DNA of 41,356 nucleotides. Origin: Hyphochytrium catenoides (Eukaryota > Protista > Hyphochytriomycota). A program made the translations under genes and the position numbers. The notes beneath the pieces are model-generated. The model ran no database searches and was not told the DNA's origin. It saw only the letters and a list, made by a program, of their open reading frames with translations. The stretch is taken from contig FLMG01000900.1 in NCBI GenBank assembly GCA_900088475.1, positions 1 through 41,356 of the forward strand. The letters run 5' to 3'. This document shows positions 26,337 to 37,696 of this stretch, piece by piece. Position 1 is the stretch's first letter, and the number at the start of each line of letters is the position of its first letter.

Positions 26337-27668
26337 ATGAACGGAGATAGCGCCAAGAAAAATGGGACTAGCAGTCCCCGGAAGAAGCAGAAGCTGTCTG
26401 CCAACGCTCAGAAGTACAAGGATGTGCACAATGGCTTTGGCACCACAGTTATCCATGCTGGGCAGGTGAGATTATATACGACATAGTATGCAGCTCTATC
26501 ATTTGCATCAGTGTGACGCGATTACCTGCAGGAGCCGAACGCGGCTACTGGCGCTGTCTGTGTCCCCATCAGTCTCGCCACAACCTTCGCTCAGGCCTCT
26601 CCTGGTGTAAAGCGCGGGCTAGAGCAGCCTGAGAGTTTCGGAAATGGTTGGGAGTACTCACGCACTGGAAACCCTACCAGGGGAGCGTTTGAGACTGCCA
26701 TCGCTGCTGCTGAAAAAGGCAAGTACGGCTTGGCCTTTGCATCCGGCATGGCCGCCACCACTGCCATCATACATCTTTTGAAGCAGGGGGACCACGTGAT
26801 CAGCATTGATGATGTTTATGGCGGAACCCAGCGCTACTTCCGCCGTACAGCGGCGCCAAACTATGGCCTCCAGTTCAGCTTTGTTGACTTTAACACCCCC
26901 GGAGCGCTGGAGGCTGAGATTAAGGAGAATACAAAGCTGGTTTGGCTGGAGACGCCTACCAACCCCACACTCAAGCTCTCAGACATCGAAGCTGTGGCCG
27001 CCATGGCGCGTCAGCACTCTTTGCTCTTAGTGGTCGACAACACTTTCATGTCTCCTTACTTTCAGACTCCGCTAACCTTGGGCGCAGACCTCGTGCTTCA
27101 CAGCGTCACGAAGTACATCAACGGACACAGCGACGTGGTTGGCGGCGTGGTCGTGACCAACAGCTTGGAGCTGAACACTCGGTTGCGCTTCATTCAGAAC
27201 ACAATGGGCGCCGTACCCTCACCATTTGACTGCTACATGGCGCTCAGGGGCCTCAAGACACTGCACATCCGCATGGCAGAGCATGCCCGTAACGCTCAGG
27301 CGGTGGCAGAGTTCTTAGAGGCTCACCCAGCCGTGGAGAAGGTGGTATATCCCGGCCTCGCCTCCCACCCGCAGCACGAGCTAGCCAAGCGTCAGATGCG
27401 CGGATTTGGTGGGATGATTACCTTTTACGTCCAGGGAGGATTGGCCAAGGCGCGGTCGGTGCTGGAGAAGCTTCATCTCTTCACCCTGGCGGAAAGTCTA
27501 GGCGCTGTTGAATCTTTGGCTGAGTCTCCAGCTATCATGACGCATGCCTCAGTACCCCCTGAGCATCGCCAGAAGCTCGGAATCAGCGATAATATGATCA
27601 GACTTTCGGTCGGTATTGAGGGTTTGCCAGACCTCATCGCAGACTTGAATCAGGCGCTCAGCGCTTAA
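26337..27668 (+). CDS. CTH: Cystathionine gamma-lyase (Cys/Met metabolism PLP-dependent enzyme)
   Basis: Exons 26337-26465 and 26532-27668. Motifs: GFGTTVIHAGQEP, EYSRTGNPTR, AFASGMAA, DDVYGGTQRYF, WLETPTNP, VVDNTF, PLP-lysine HSVTKYINGHSDV, LAESLGAVESL, MTHASV, IRLSVGIE. Confidence 0.93.
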
Positions 27669-27912
27669 GGCCTTCTCTGTCACTTGGATTACTTATAACA
27701 TAGCGTAGTACGTCTTTCTCCTGTTTCTCTCAACCCATTCTATGCTACCAAGCAGGGCGGAAGGTCTAACGAAGTAACACCATCATAATAGTAACACAAA
27801 TTCCTCTTCTGGGTTCCACGCATCAGGTGTATGCACACGTTACAAGCTAATCCACTGGGGGATGGTCAAGAGTGTCTCCTTTTATCCTCTCATCTTGCTT
27901 TGCGTCCGTCAG

Positions 27913-30468
27913 TCAGATAGGCGGTCCTCCCAGGTTAAGGGGGCCTGATGAGGAAAGACCCATTTTTTCTTCTGCCATAAGAGACTCCAGTGCACTTAAC
28001 TTCTGCAGAAGTTTTCCTTCCAAGTCCCGGAACCGTCGGTCTAGCAGGCGCTCCAGGCCAGAGAGAGCTTCCGCGCTGCTGACGACCGGTCGAGCGCCAG
28101 CAGTCACTTGCTCGAAGGGTTGCTGAAGGTGTGACGCCTCTTTCATAGCAGGTCCAGACTCCTGCAGCTGACTGTTAGGTTCTACCCCGGGTAGAAGACT
28201 TTCCTCCTTGATACGGGAATCTTCTTCTTCTTTTCGCCTGCGAATGCAGAGTCGTCAGTCCCTGTCAGTCATGAGGCAGAGCAACAGATCCGTACATCTG
28301 GGCCTCTTGCTCCTCCATGACTTCATTATACACCAGAGTAAAGTTTGTACCTGATCATAAGCGGTTTAGCGGGTGAGAAGGACACTCAACTAGATGGAGA
28401 AGGATTATTGCCAGGGAGTCAAAGAAGGAATCATAATCAAATGGACAACGGGAGGACGGTTGAAGGCCTGAGGATCAAATTGAGTCAGAGCTTCCCGCGG
28501 TAGGGGGAGGACAAAGGACGATCTGATCTCACCAATAACGCTAATGGGCAAAGCGAGGACAATCATCCCGGTAATCATAGCCAGCGCGGCCAGCAGCTGA
28601 CCCGCCGGCGTAATGGGGACCATGTCACCATACCCGACAGTTGTCATCGTAACGATGCACCACCAGAAGGTGGCGGGGATGCTTCAGGACAGAAAGTCCA
28701 GCGGAGCGAGGAAAGAATAGGCACAGAGAGGGACGGGAGCGGTAGATCGAACGTCGAAGAGAGAGAGAATGTGTGAGTGTGAGAGGGATCTACTCGAGCT
28801 ACCTACACCTCGACTCATCCTTCCCTCCTCCTACTGGTTGTGCACACACCTGCTATAAGGGTTGGGCTTCTCACAGAGACAAATGAGCTTGTTCTCCTCA
28901 GAAAGGACGCAGGGAAGCCCGGAGCTGTAGTCCCTGTATTCGCGACAATCGCCCACAACGGACTCTGCGTAAAAGACTCCAGAGGAGAAGATGACCTGCA
29001 GTCAACGGGGCCCGTGAGAGACCCGATCTCATGCTCTCAAACTGTTCTCTCTCTCAATCCGTCTGCAATTCAGTCTTAGCTTGATGCCCTTTCTAGTACA
29101 GCCCCTTTCTTTTTAGATGAGATCTCCGTCTCTCGCTAGCTAAGCTCTGGTGTCTCCCTTTGTCCTCTCGCCTTTCAGCCCGCCCGTCTCTCCTCCTAAG
29201 ACACCAGTTCTCTCGTGGCTACCACGGAGAAGCGTCCTCTTTCTCTTCTTCGCTGCTTTTCTACCGTTACCTCCCGGTGCCTTACCATGGCAATGCAGAC
29301 CAGATAGACGAGGGTTATCAGCGAGTTTAGACTTAGAAGGATCGCCTGCCCAAGGGTTCGAGTCATTGGAACGCAAGCATCAGAGTCCGTTCTAACGAAA
29401 CGGCCAATGGAGTGGCGAAGAAGAGCACCTGCACAAATATTCTGATGGACACAGAGTATCGCGACACTTTAAAAACGCGCGCTACTCTCACCAGCCGCAC
29501 TGCGCGGATGACTCCAAACGAGGAAGTGTTCGTCTATGGGAAGCGAAGAAAGTCAGTCATCGGGGAGGAGACTTTTGCAATGAAAATGTCGAAAGCATTG
29601 ATGACAGAGGCAGCAAAGAGAGCCTGTTCCATACCGAGTGCATCTTGGGATCGAGCCCGACATAAAAGGGAAGGATTGCGAGGATGTCCACTATGTTAAA
29701 GAACTCTGAGGTGAAGAAGCAGAACGGGGTTAGCGAGAAAGGCCTAAGGGGAATAGCTAGAGGAGCTGCGGGTGTTTGGCTGGTTGAGATCCGTATCACC
29801 TGACAGATACTTCTTAATATCAGGGCAGGTGCAGATCCGCAGTGTCACTTCTCCTGTGAAGACTGCCACGGACAAGACCTACACCATGTGTCAGTGGTCC
29901 TGTCGACTTCTGGCTTCTCCCTTTTTTTTTCTTGCCTTACCTCGATGAGGTCCAAGGTCTCCGCGCTTGGTGTTTGGATCTGCTCGACCGTCTCTAGGAC
30001 AAAGGAAAAGGTGCTAATCATGATCACGATCAGCACGGAGATGGACCCTACATACGCCTGTGCCGCGGAGGAGATGACCCAACATGTTAAACTCAAAAGG
30101 AGGTAGAGGAAAGGGTAAGGTGAAGAGAGCACACCGAAGCACACAGAGAGTAAGCGGAAACGAGAGGGGTTGAGAGAGAGCCACAGAGGCGTATGGGCGA
30201 CGGGGACAGCGAGACAACACAGCAAAATGGGAAAAGCTCAGTACCATGGGAGAGGAAGAAGGCTCTTCCGTAAAGAGCCAGAGTCTCTCCCGCAGGGAGC
30301 TTGGCTCAGCCGACACGGGCTTTTTGTCTCCAGAGGGCATGTCACCCGGATCCGGAGAGACTGCAAGTGTTAAGTCACGGGGAGATGCGGAGTGAGCACC
30401 AACGACATCGCGAAAGCCAAGTAAGGAGCAGGTCTGTCACCTGACGATCGCGCTGATGAGGAAGGCAT
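27913..30468 (-). CDS. Voltage-gated potassium channel B (paralog of channel A, no T1 domain)
   Basis: 11 exons: 30468-30441 (probable), 30360-30245, 30057-29941, 29878-29800, 29705-29635, 29533-29429, 29345-29286, 28995-28850, 28681-28533, 28350-28296, 28237-27913. Motifs: LWLFTEEPSSS, NIVDILAILPFY, S4 RAVRLVRVARVFKVSRY, pore FWWCIVTMTTVGYGD, S6 GMIVLALPISVIGTNF. Confidence 0.93.
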
Positions 30469-31140
30469 TCTTGAAGGTGACTTAGCAACCAGTTTAGCAG
30501 CGAATACTGAGAGCAGCCGCTCCCATAACTAGGTCCACTCTCTCTCAACTCAGCGCGCCTCCTGCCACCAACGCCCCATTGCAAAGAGAGAAACTTTGGC
30601 TGATGGGCTGATGAGGAGTTCCACTGCACCTGGGCGAGGTAGACTCCCGTCGGGGGTCAAGATCTAGTCCCAAGGGCCGCTTGTGCTTAGACAGGCCACA
30701 TCCTTCCCGACTTGGAACGCAAGCTCTCCCCGTCTTGGCTGTCTCTAGCTAGTTGGTGCTTCTTGTAGGCTAATGCTTTTCCAGTCTGGTTCAATGCGCC
30801 CTCGTAGGCCTTCCTCCTCTCTCTGGTCTGTACAGTCTCTATACCGCCCCCGCGTCACGGCATATCCAACCTCCCTAGCCTGTCGCCTCACTTCCCCCTC
30901 TCCTCCTCCACTATAGTCGAGCCGTCTCTCCCTCTCTCTCTCTTCCGGACATTTCTTTCTTTATTGGCGCAGCCTCTCCGCTCATCTCCTCCTCACTCTC
31001 TCTCTCTCTCTCTCACTCTCTCTCTGTCTTCTGCTTGGCCGCACGTCGCTGAGGCGGCACAGGTGGGAGGAGGAGCAGCAGAGAGGGAGCAGGGGAGGAA
31101 GGCAGTAAAAGCGGTTACAGACATTGAACGAACCGTAAAA

Positions 31141-31271
31141 TGACCAGTCAGATACCCGGGTCACCTGAGCTAACCGAATGACCCGGGTTAGGCAAAGGGG
31201 GTCTAAGAGCTATAACCTTACCAGAATTCCCAATTACTCGGATAGAGGCTCTTAGTAAAGGCCCGGGTCAT
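31141..31271. repeat. Cluster of palindromic/inverted repeats (TGACCCGGGTCA core x3, CTAAGAGC/GCTCTTAG)
   Basis: ACCCGGGTCA at 31154-31163, ATGACCCGGGT at 31178-31188, CCCGGGTCAT at 31262-31271; CTAAGAGC at 31203-31210 and GCTCTTAG at 31248-31255. Confidence 0.8.
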
Positions 31272-33649
31272 GATGAGTCGACTGAGGTGCAGCAAGAAGA
31301 GGACGGACCACAAGAACAAACATCTTGTTGATGATGTTTGCTGTGGCGGCTGCCGTGTACTGGGAGGGGAGGATGATGTACTGCGCTCTAAGGCTTGGGA
31401 CTCTTATCATAAGCAGGCTAGAAGGTCAGGCATTTGTACAAGGTATAATGGGATGAAGTCTAGCAAGAAGGTCATCCTTTTTCCCCCCAAACAAGAAGGA
31501 GGATCAGCCCGCCCCTGAGGATGAGGATGATAATAACCATAAGCCAGCGTCAGCACAGCATCAGTGAGCTGTTATGTCCATTACGGCTTGACAGCAACGT
31601 GTACTATGTAGCGGCGTACTGCCTACTATAAAGACTCCAAAAATCTCAAACAGCAGGAGAGGAATCAGCGGTAAGTGGGGAGGATAATACTGTGGCGGGT
31701 GATGTTTCCATAGCAGCAGAAGTCTAGCAAGTCTTGTAATGAATAATACTGCCGTCACCTCTTTACAAGAGGAAAGAATCCCATCATGGTGCGGTGCTGC
31801 TTTGCCGACGACGGAGATAGCAGCAGCAGCAGCAGGCAGCAGTTATTATAGAGCAGAACCGCGGCGCTCCGACACAAAATCCTATCTCAAGCTCGTTATT
31901 AATCTTCTACCTCTAATTAACCAGAGAAGGGAGAAGAAGAGGGTGATGAAGCTGCTAAAACCCACAGCATTCAGATCTTCTAATAAATTAAGCAACCCGA
32001 AGAGACGGAGGATGAGTTGGCGACCAGCAGTAGTCCTTCGACCCCCAAGTAGTTCTAATGCTACTCTTTTTAGCAGCCTTGGTAACTTGGTAATCATATA
32101 GAGACGACGACAGCAAGGTTGCTCTGCTTGAGCAGCACTTTAAAAATGGGAAAGATGCTACATTAATGCAAAAGTGGCAGGTTGTATCTTGCTTTTCTTC
32201 TTTTGATGGTTCTTTCTTACCGTAGGCAGGTGAGGGATGGAGATGCGGCTGGATCAATTAGAGAGTCGCCGTTGGTGCCCAGCAGCCGTAGGGACCTCCT
32301 CTCATTTCTTCGCGCCTCAAGTGAGAGGACAATAAAGTCTAAAAACTGATTGGCCATTGCGTGAATAAAGCGGAAGCAGAAGCGAGTGATGTTTATGTAT
32401 TGAGGAATGATGGTATGCAACTAGAAGAAGAGAAGGAGACAGTAGTAGTGGTCAAGAATATATATGGTAAGTAGAGATGCAATCCTTCATCATCATCATC
32501 CCTCTACATTCGTAGTAGATAGATGGTTCTTAGGGTAAGAAAAAATGACCAATGGCGACAGACTGTTTCGAACAGGTCTCCGTCTGAGAGGTAGCCTGTT
32601 CTGTTTTTTGCGATTTTCCTGGATTGCTCTCTGTCGTTACCCTCCCTGACGATAATACCCTACCCTGGGCCCATTTCTGCTCATCACCATTCGCCTGCAT
32701 GCTCTACTACATCACGGAACGAGTAGACCACCATGCTTAGTACTAGTAGTAGAATACTCTGCTCTTCTGTTCCTCCGTGGCCATTGCTGAATGGCGATGG
32801 TACTCGCCAGTGGCGTCGGACAGTGGTGGGGTTTGTCTAGGAAATGTGACGGCTTCTTTTTTACTTGTGGTAACATAATGGTGGGCCGCAACCTCACTCC
32901 TCCCTCTTCAATGCCGTCGCTGTACAATTGCCAACCTTCGTCTTTTTTTTCCGGCAATATGCTGTCTTCTCGACCAGCCCACAGTTCTCCAATAAGGTGT
33001 GAACAACCATCTGTTGCCAAGCTGCTGAGGATACTCGATTCGAACTTACTACACAAACAGCAATTCTCAGCTGTTTTGTGTTAGCTAAGATGATAATATG
33101 GAGGAAGGTCAACAACTGCTGAGAAAAACCTTCTACCTCCTCTCATCCTCCCAGGTGTACGGTCCGATTACATCGCCGGATGCCACCTCCTTCTTTGATC
33201 ATCCGGATTTCTTTTTTCTTGCTTTGATGACTTCACAATTATGTTATTCAGATGACAGGGATGAAGTAAGCCCTCCTTGAGAAACGATGCTGCTGCTTTG
33301 TGTTCGAACACTAACACCCTTACTTTCTGTACACTAGTGATCGCTAATATTATGGCAACGCTGATATTGTAAGTTCTATTCTAGTACCGTCTCATACCTC
33401 TATGCTGCTTCGATCACACACGTTGAAGACTTTCCCCTTCTTCCCGTGTCCCGTAGGCTTACTACAGTACGACCCTTTTTTGCGATCTCAAAGGGCGAGT
33501 CTCACTGTGCACTCAATGCAGAACAATTAGTATCATGTTGTACAACTCTTCGCGCAGCGTAAGCGAAGGGCCGGTGTCTAGGCATGATACCGCCAGGTTA
33601 TGCATCTATATTATTAGAGCCGAGCACCACCTTAATGCAACATCCTCAA

Positions 33650-34570
33650 GATTTACTCATCCGGGGCACGAGCATCTAGTTTGCAAGTTGAAGTGCAGCA
33701 TCTATGGGCTCAAACAGAGTCCTCGTCAACGGAACAAAGTCTTAGACACTTTTATCTTCGCGGCAACGGATTCGAACCCAGCTTGTGTGAACCCTCCTGC
33801 CTATACATCAACAGGTCCGGGGAGGATGGCAAGTCGACCATTGTGTCGACTCTCGTAGATGACCTGCCGATTGTTGTCCCAAGCACTGACCGTACAAACC
33901 AAGGTAAAGGCTTTCTAAAGAGCAGGTTTGATGTGAAGGACTTAGGAGAACCTTCTTCCTGGTGGTGGGAGGAGTTGAGATTATTCGAGATCGAAAGAAT
34001 TGGAGATTTATCTTCGACAACGAAGATTTATCCTAGACCTTCTGCAGCGCTACCGCGTGGAAGCTTGTAACCAAATCAGCGCATTCGTTGCTTCTGGGTG
34101 GTGAAAAGCTGCCCCAGGTAGACTCTCTCTCTACGCTACTTCTGAAGAGGAGGATTCTTTTCTCAAAATACACTACAGAAATGATGAGGTTGGCTGTCTT
34201 ATGCATCTGGGGGTAGCCTCCAGGCCGGATATAGCCTTCGCAGTACAATCGGTTAGCCAGCATACGGCCAACTATAGGCAGATACACTGGGCTGCAGTGA
34301 GCGAATATTGAGATATCTGAAGGAACTGCCGACTGCGTCTTATGCTTATAAGGACCATCAACCCCAGACAACAACAATCAGAGTCCAACACTACAACTCT
34401 TCGCAGATGCAGATTGGGCGGATGATCTCAACGAGAGGAAAGCCATCTCTGGCAACTTTCTTACTACTCTAGGGACTGGTGCTTTCGGTTGGAAGGTTAA
34501 GAAGCAAGATATAGTGGTCTCTTCAGCGACTGAAGCAGAGTGTATCTCATTTTGGACCGGAGCCAAAAAT
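33650..34570 (+). mobile_element. Decayed Ty1/copia RT-RNase H fragment
   Basis: Frameshifted motifs VCKLKCSIYGLKQSPRQ, LVDDL, FDVKDLGE, RPDIAFAVQSVSQ, FADADWADDLNERKAISG and KKQDIVVSSATEAE. Confidence 0.9.
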
Positions 34571-35385
34571 GCAGAACACAGACTTTCTTTCGTTCTTAGT
34601 TCCTGTATAGGTTGAACAGCCCTGCTCTGTGACTGTTGAAGGTGGATGTTGCCCGGTCTTTCCCCATTCTTCTTCTTAGAGTATGTATCAAGTTAGGAAG
34701 TCTCTTGGGGTTAGATTATCTGTCCATGGGAGGAATAGTTGGCTAGTTGTTAAAAAAAGGTACGCTTCGAACGTCTACCTCTTGCAACAAGGTGAAAGAA
34801 GCAACAAATGATGGCACTGCTGAAAATGGCGATGCTGGTGGATCATCAGCCAATGCTGCGTGCTGAAGGTGATCCTAGCAGCGCCAGTATTAGTAGTCGT
34901 ATTAGTAGACCACGTAACATAAATAAGAGTGTCTTACAGCGCCCCATACGTTATAAAAACATCCGACATTTAGCTAAGAAGAACAGTGACCAACAAGGAA
35001 AGCACACACACGCAGAAGGAGAGGGCGAGAAAAAACGGGAGGAGAAGTGCTCTGTCTGTATGAGAGCTCTGTCTGTCAGTCTGTGGTGTGCATCTTGTCT
35101 GCAGTAACCAGATCCTTACGACAACATGAAGTCGCCTGATATGTCGTGGGAAGGCTTTTTCGCGTTCATGGCTCGAAAGGCTAGGTATTATAATCTTTGT
35201 TCCCGAATGTACTTTGTTACTTTGTGAAGTCAGTAACAGGGTCTTCTAGATCATGCAAGACACAGTCACTAAAAAGACTAACCAGATAACACGGTAACTA
35301 GGAAAACGGGGTCCCATAAATAAGCTCTAGACACTCATTCTGACCATGTTAGTAGAGTACCCTGATGAATTTTAGCAGAGGTCGA

Positions 35386-35928
35386 TGTTGATGATGTCTG
35401 AAGCTCTGTCTAGATGAACATATAACAAAGGGACTTGATGATGATTATCTTGTCAATTGACTGAAAGAATGTGTCTCTTGGTGCTCTGCTGGTCAATCTG
35501 CGCCTCGTTCCATCCTCCTCCTAACAAAGTCCTTATGCTCAAAAGAAGAGGCCAGGGAATTCTCCTCACATCTCTCTTCACCCATAACACAGTTCTACCC
35601 GTAACGACTATGCCTCTGAGAGCTAGGTGTGTGTGTATAGAGAGTGATATACTGACAAGAAGCAAAGAGAGAGAGGGATGTGAGAAGAATTTCCAGAAGA
35701 ACACAGGAGCAGCAGAGGAGAGAGAGATGATGAGGGAAGCTGGGCCGAGCAAAAGATCTCGAGTCCAGACCAGGCTCTCAGGACTGAGTGATGATTCAGA
35801 GAAATCTCCATCACACATCAATACCAAGTCCCTTTGTTATCATTGCATCTAGCTTGTGCTCATACAGAAGCTTCAGGCATTGCCACCCAGCTCTGTAAAG
35901 TTCATCAGAAGCATTGAATCACTCAACA
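35386..35928 (-). repeat. Probable 3' LTR (543 bp) of the minus-strand copia element
   Basis: On the minus strand the purine tract GCGGGGGAG (35937-35929) directly precedes TGTTGA. The segment is bounded by 6-bp inverted termini TGTTGA...TCAACA. The distal end is inferred from the inverted terminus only. Confidence 0.65.
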
Positions 35929-37604
35929 CTCCCCCGCATACTTAGCTTCTCTCGATCGTCAGTAGTGATGGTGGCGGTTCTCATACTGTCCGTCTCACTC
36001 ACGCTCTCCCCCGCCCGCAAGACGAAGCTAGGTGAGTAGTAGTAGCAATAAGGGTATCAGTGTCAGAGGGACAGGCCCCTAGGTTGAAGGCGCTCCACCA
36101 TCTCGGTTATATACTTCGACTGTCGAAGGGATATCTTCCTAGCCGCTCTATCCCGCTTCACTTCGATACCCAGGTAGTACTCTAATTCCCCCAGATCCGT
36201 AATAGAAAACGGGCCGACACCATGTCCTTGATCCCTGCTATTAGCACGGTAGTGGGAGCAAAGAGAAGCATGATGTCATCAACGAAGACTCCGACGACCT
36301 CAAGGTCATCAGGTCTCAAAGAGTGCCGCTTGACATAAACTCCAAAGTCACAAACGCTGCCCTGGAACCCTGGCCACCTAGATATTGGTGGGGGTGTTAT
36401 TCCACATCTTGGGACTCTGACGGAGGCCATATAGTGTCTTTTTCAACCTCCAGACGTGACCTTCCTGCCCAGGGGTTGCAAACCCCAGTGGTTGACGCAT
36501 GTACACCTGCTCGTCGAGACTGCCGTTGAGGAAGGAGGTCTTGATATCGACATGGTGCACTTCTAAATCCAGCGTGGCAGCGAGAGAGAGAAGATAGCGC
36601 ACAGTTTCGTGTCCAATCACTGGGGCAAAGAGCTCTCCAAAGTCAATACCTTACTTTTTTTGTCGATTGCCAAGAGCGACCAGACGAGCCTTGTACTTGT
36701 CAACGGAACGGTCGCTATGTAAGTGGACTCTAAAGACCCACTGACAGCAGATGACATGTGCGCCTTGCGGTAGAGACACTGGGTCGTAGACCTCATGAGC
36801 CTGCATTGACGTAAGCTCTGAGGTACGGGCGGCTAGCCATTCTGTAGAATGGTCCAGAGAGCGCTTCGCGTACTGTCTTGGTTCAGAGACATGGAGAAGG
36901 TTGGCCTGACCTAATGGCAAAGAGAGAGTCTTCCTGTAACAGTCTGTCCGCCATAGGACCGAGTGAAGAAGGAGGGTTGGGGGTGGTCGCGGCAGGAGAG
37001 GGGGGAGAAGGATCGATCTGCAGGTGGGTCTTCATTGTCCCCAACCTCGGTGTCGCTTGTCTCGAAGGAGCTATCTCTCGCTTCGCTGCGATCTGGTGCC
37101 GACACTGGGGAGCCAATGGCAACTGCTGCACCTGCTGTCCCAACCGAGCGTGCACTTTGTCCTTCTTCTGTCCCGACCGCGCGTGCACTTTGTCCTCCTT
37201 GTCTCGCTACTGCTTCTTCTTCAGCACCTAGTGGTCCTGCTACTTCAGCTGTAGTTGCTTCTTCGCTCGCCATTGTTGCGAACAGAAAGACATAAGCATG
37301 GGCTCCTGCCTCCAGGCTTTCTTCAGCACAAATGCACGCGAGCGAGACTCGTCACTAATCACCTTACGCCGACAGAGATTCTCCTCGTCACGGGGTCATA
37401 CAGCCGATAGCCATGCGTACCAGAGTCGTACCCTACAAAGTATACCGAGAGCTCCGTGCATCAAGCTTACTTCTTGAGCATCGTCGAGGGCTTCAAGGCA
37501 TACGCAAGTAAACCAAAGACGCGTAGGTGACTAACATCAGGTGGCTTCCCGCACCACTCTTGTACGGAGTATAGCCAGCGAGAGAGCCAGTAGGGCAGCG
37601 GTTG
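35929..37604 (-). mobile_element. Decayed Ty1/copia element (integrase C-terminus, linker, partial RT, PPT)
   Basis: Motifs WCGKPPDVSHLRVFG, FVGYDSGTHGYRL, EPRQY, YKARLVALGNRQKK, HHVDIKTSFLNGSLDEQVYMRQP, LKKTLYGLRQSPKMWN and VFVDD, with stops and frameshifts. Runs into the N-gap at 37605. Confidence 0.92.
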
Positions 37605-37696
37605 ANNNNNNNNNNNNNNNNNNNNNNNNNNNNNNNNNNNNNNNNNNNNNNNNNNNNNNNNNNNNNNNNNNNNNNNNNNNNNNNNNNNNNNNNNNN

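Noticed and set aside
37133-37200. ~33-bp two-copy tandem repeat, plus a 10-bp duplication near 40422-40441
   Set aside because: Ordinary duplications inside copia linker/RT sequence, not CRISPR-like arrays.
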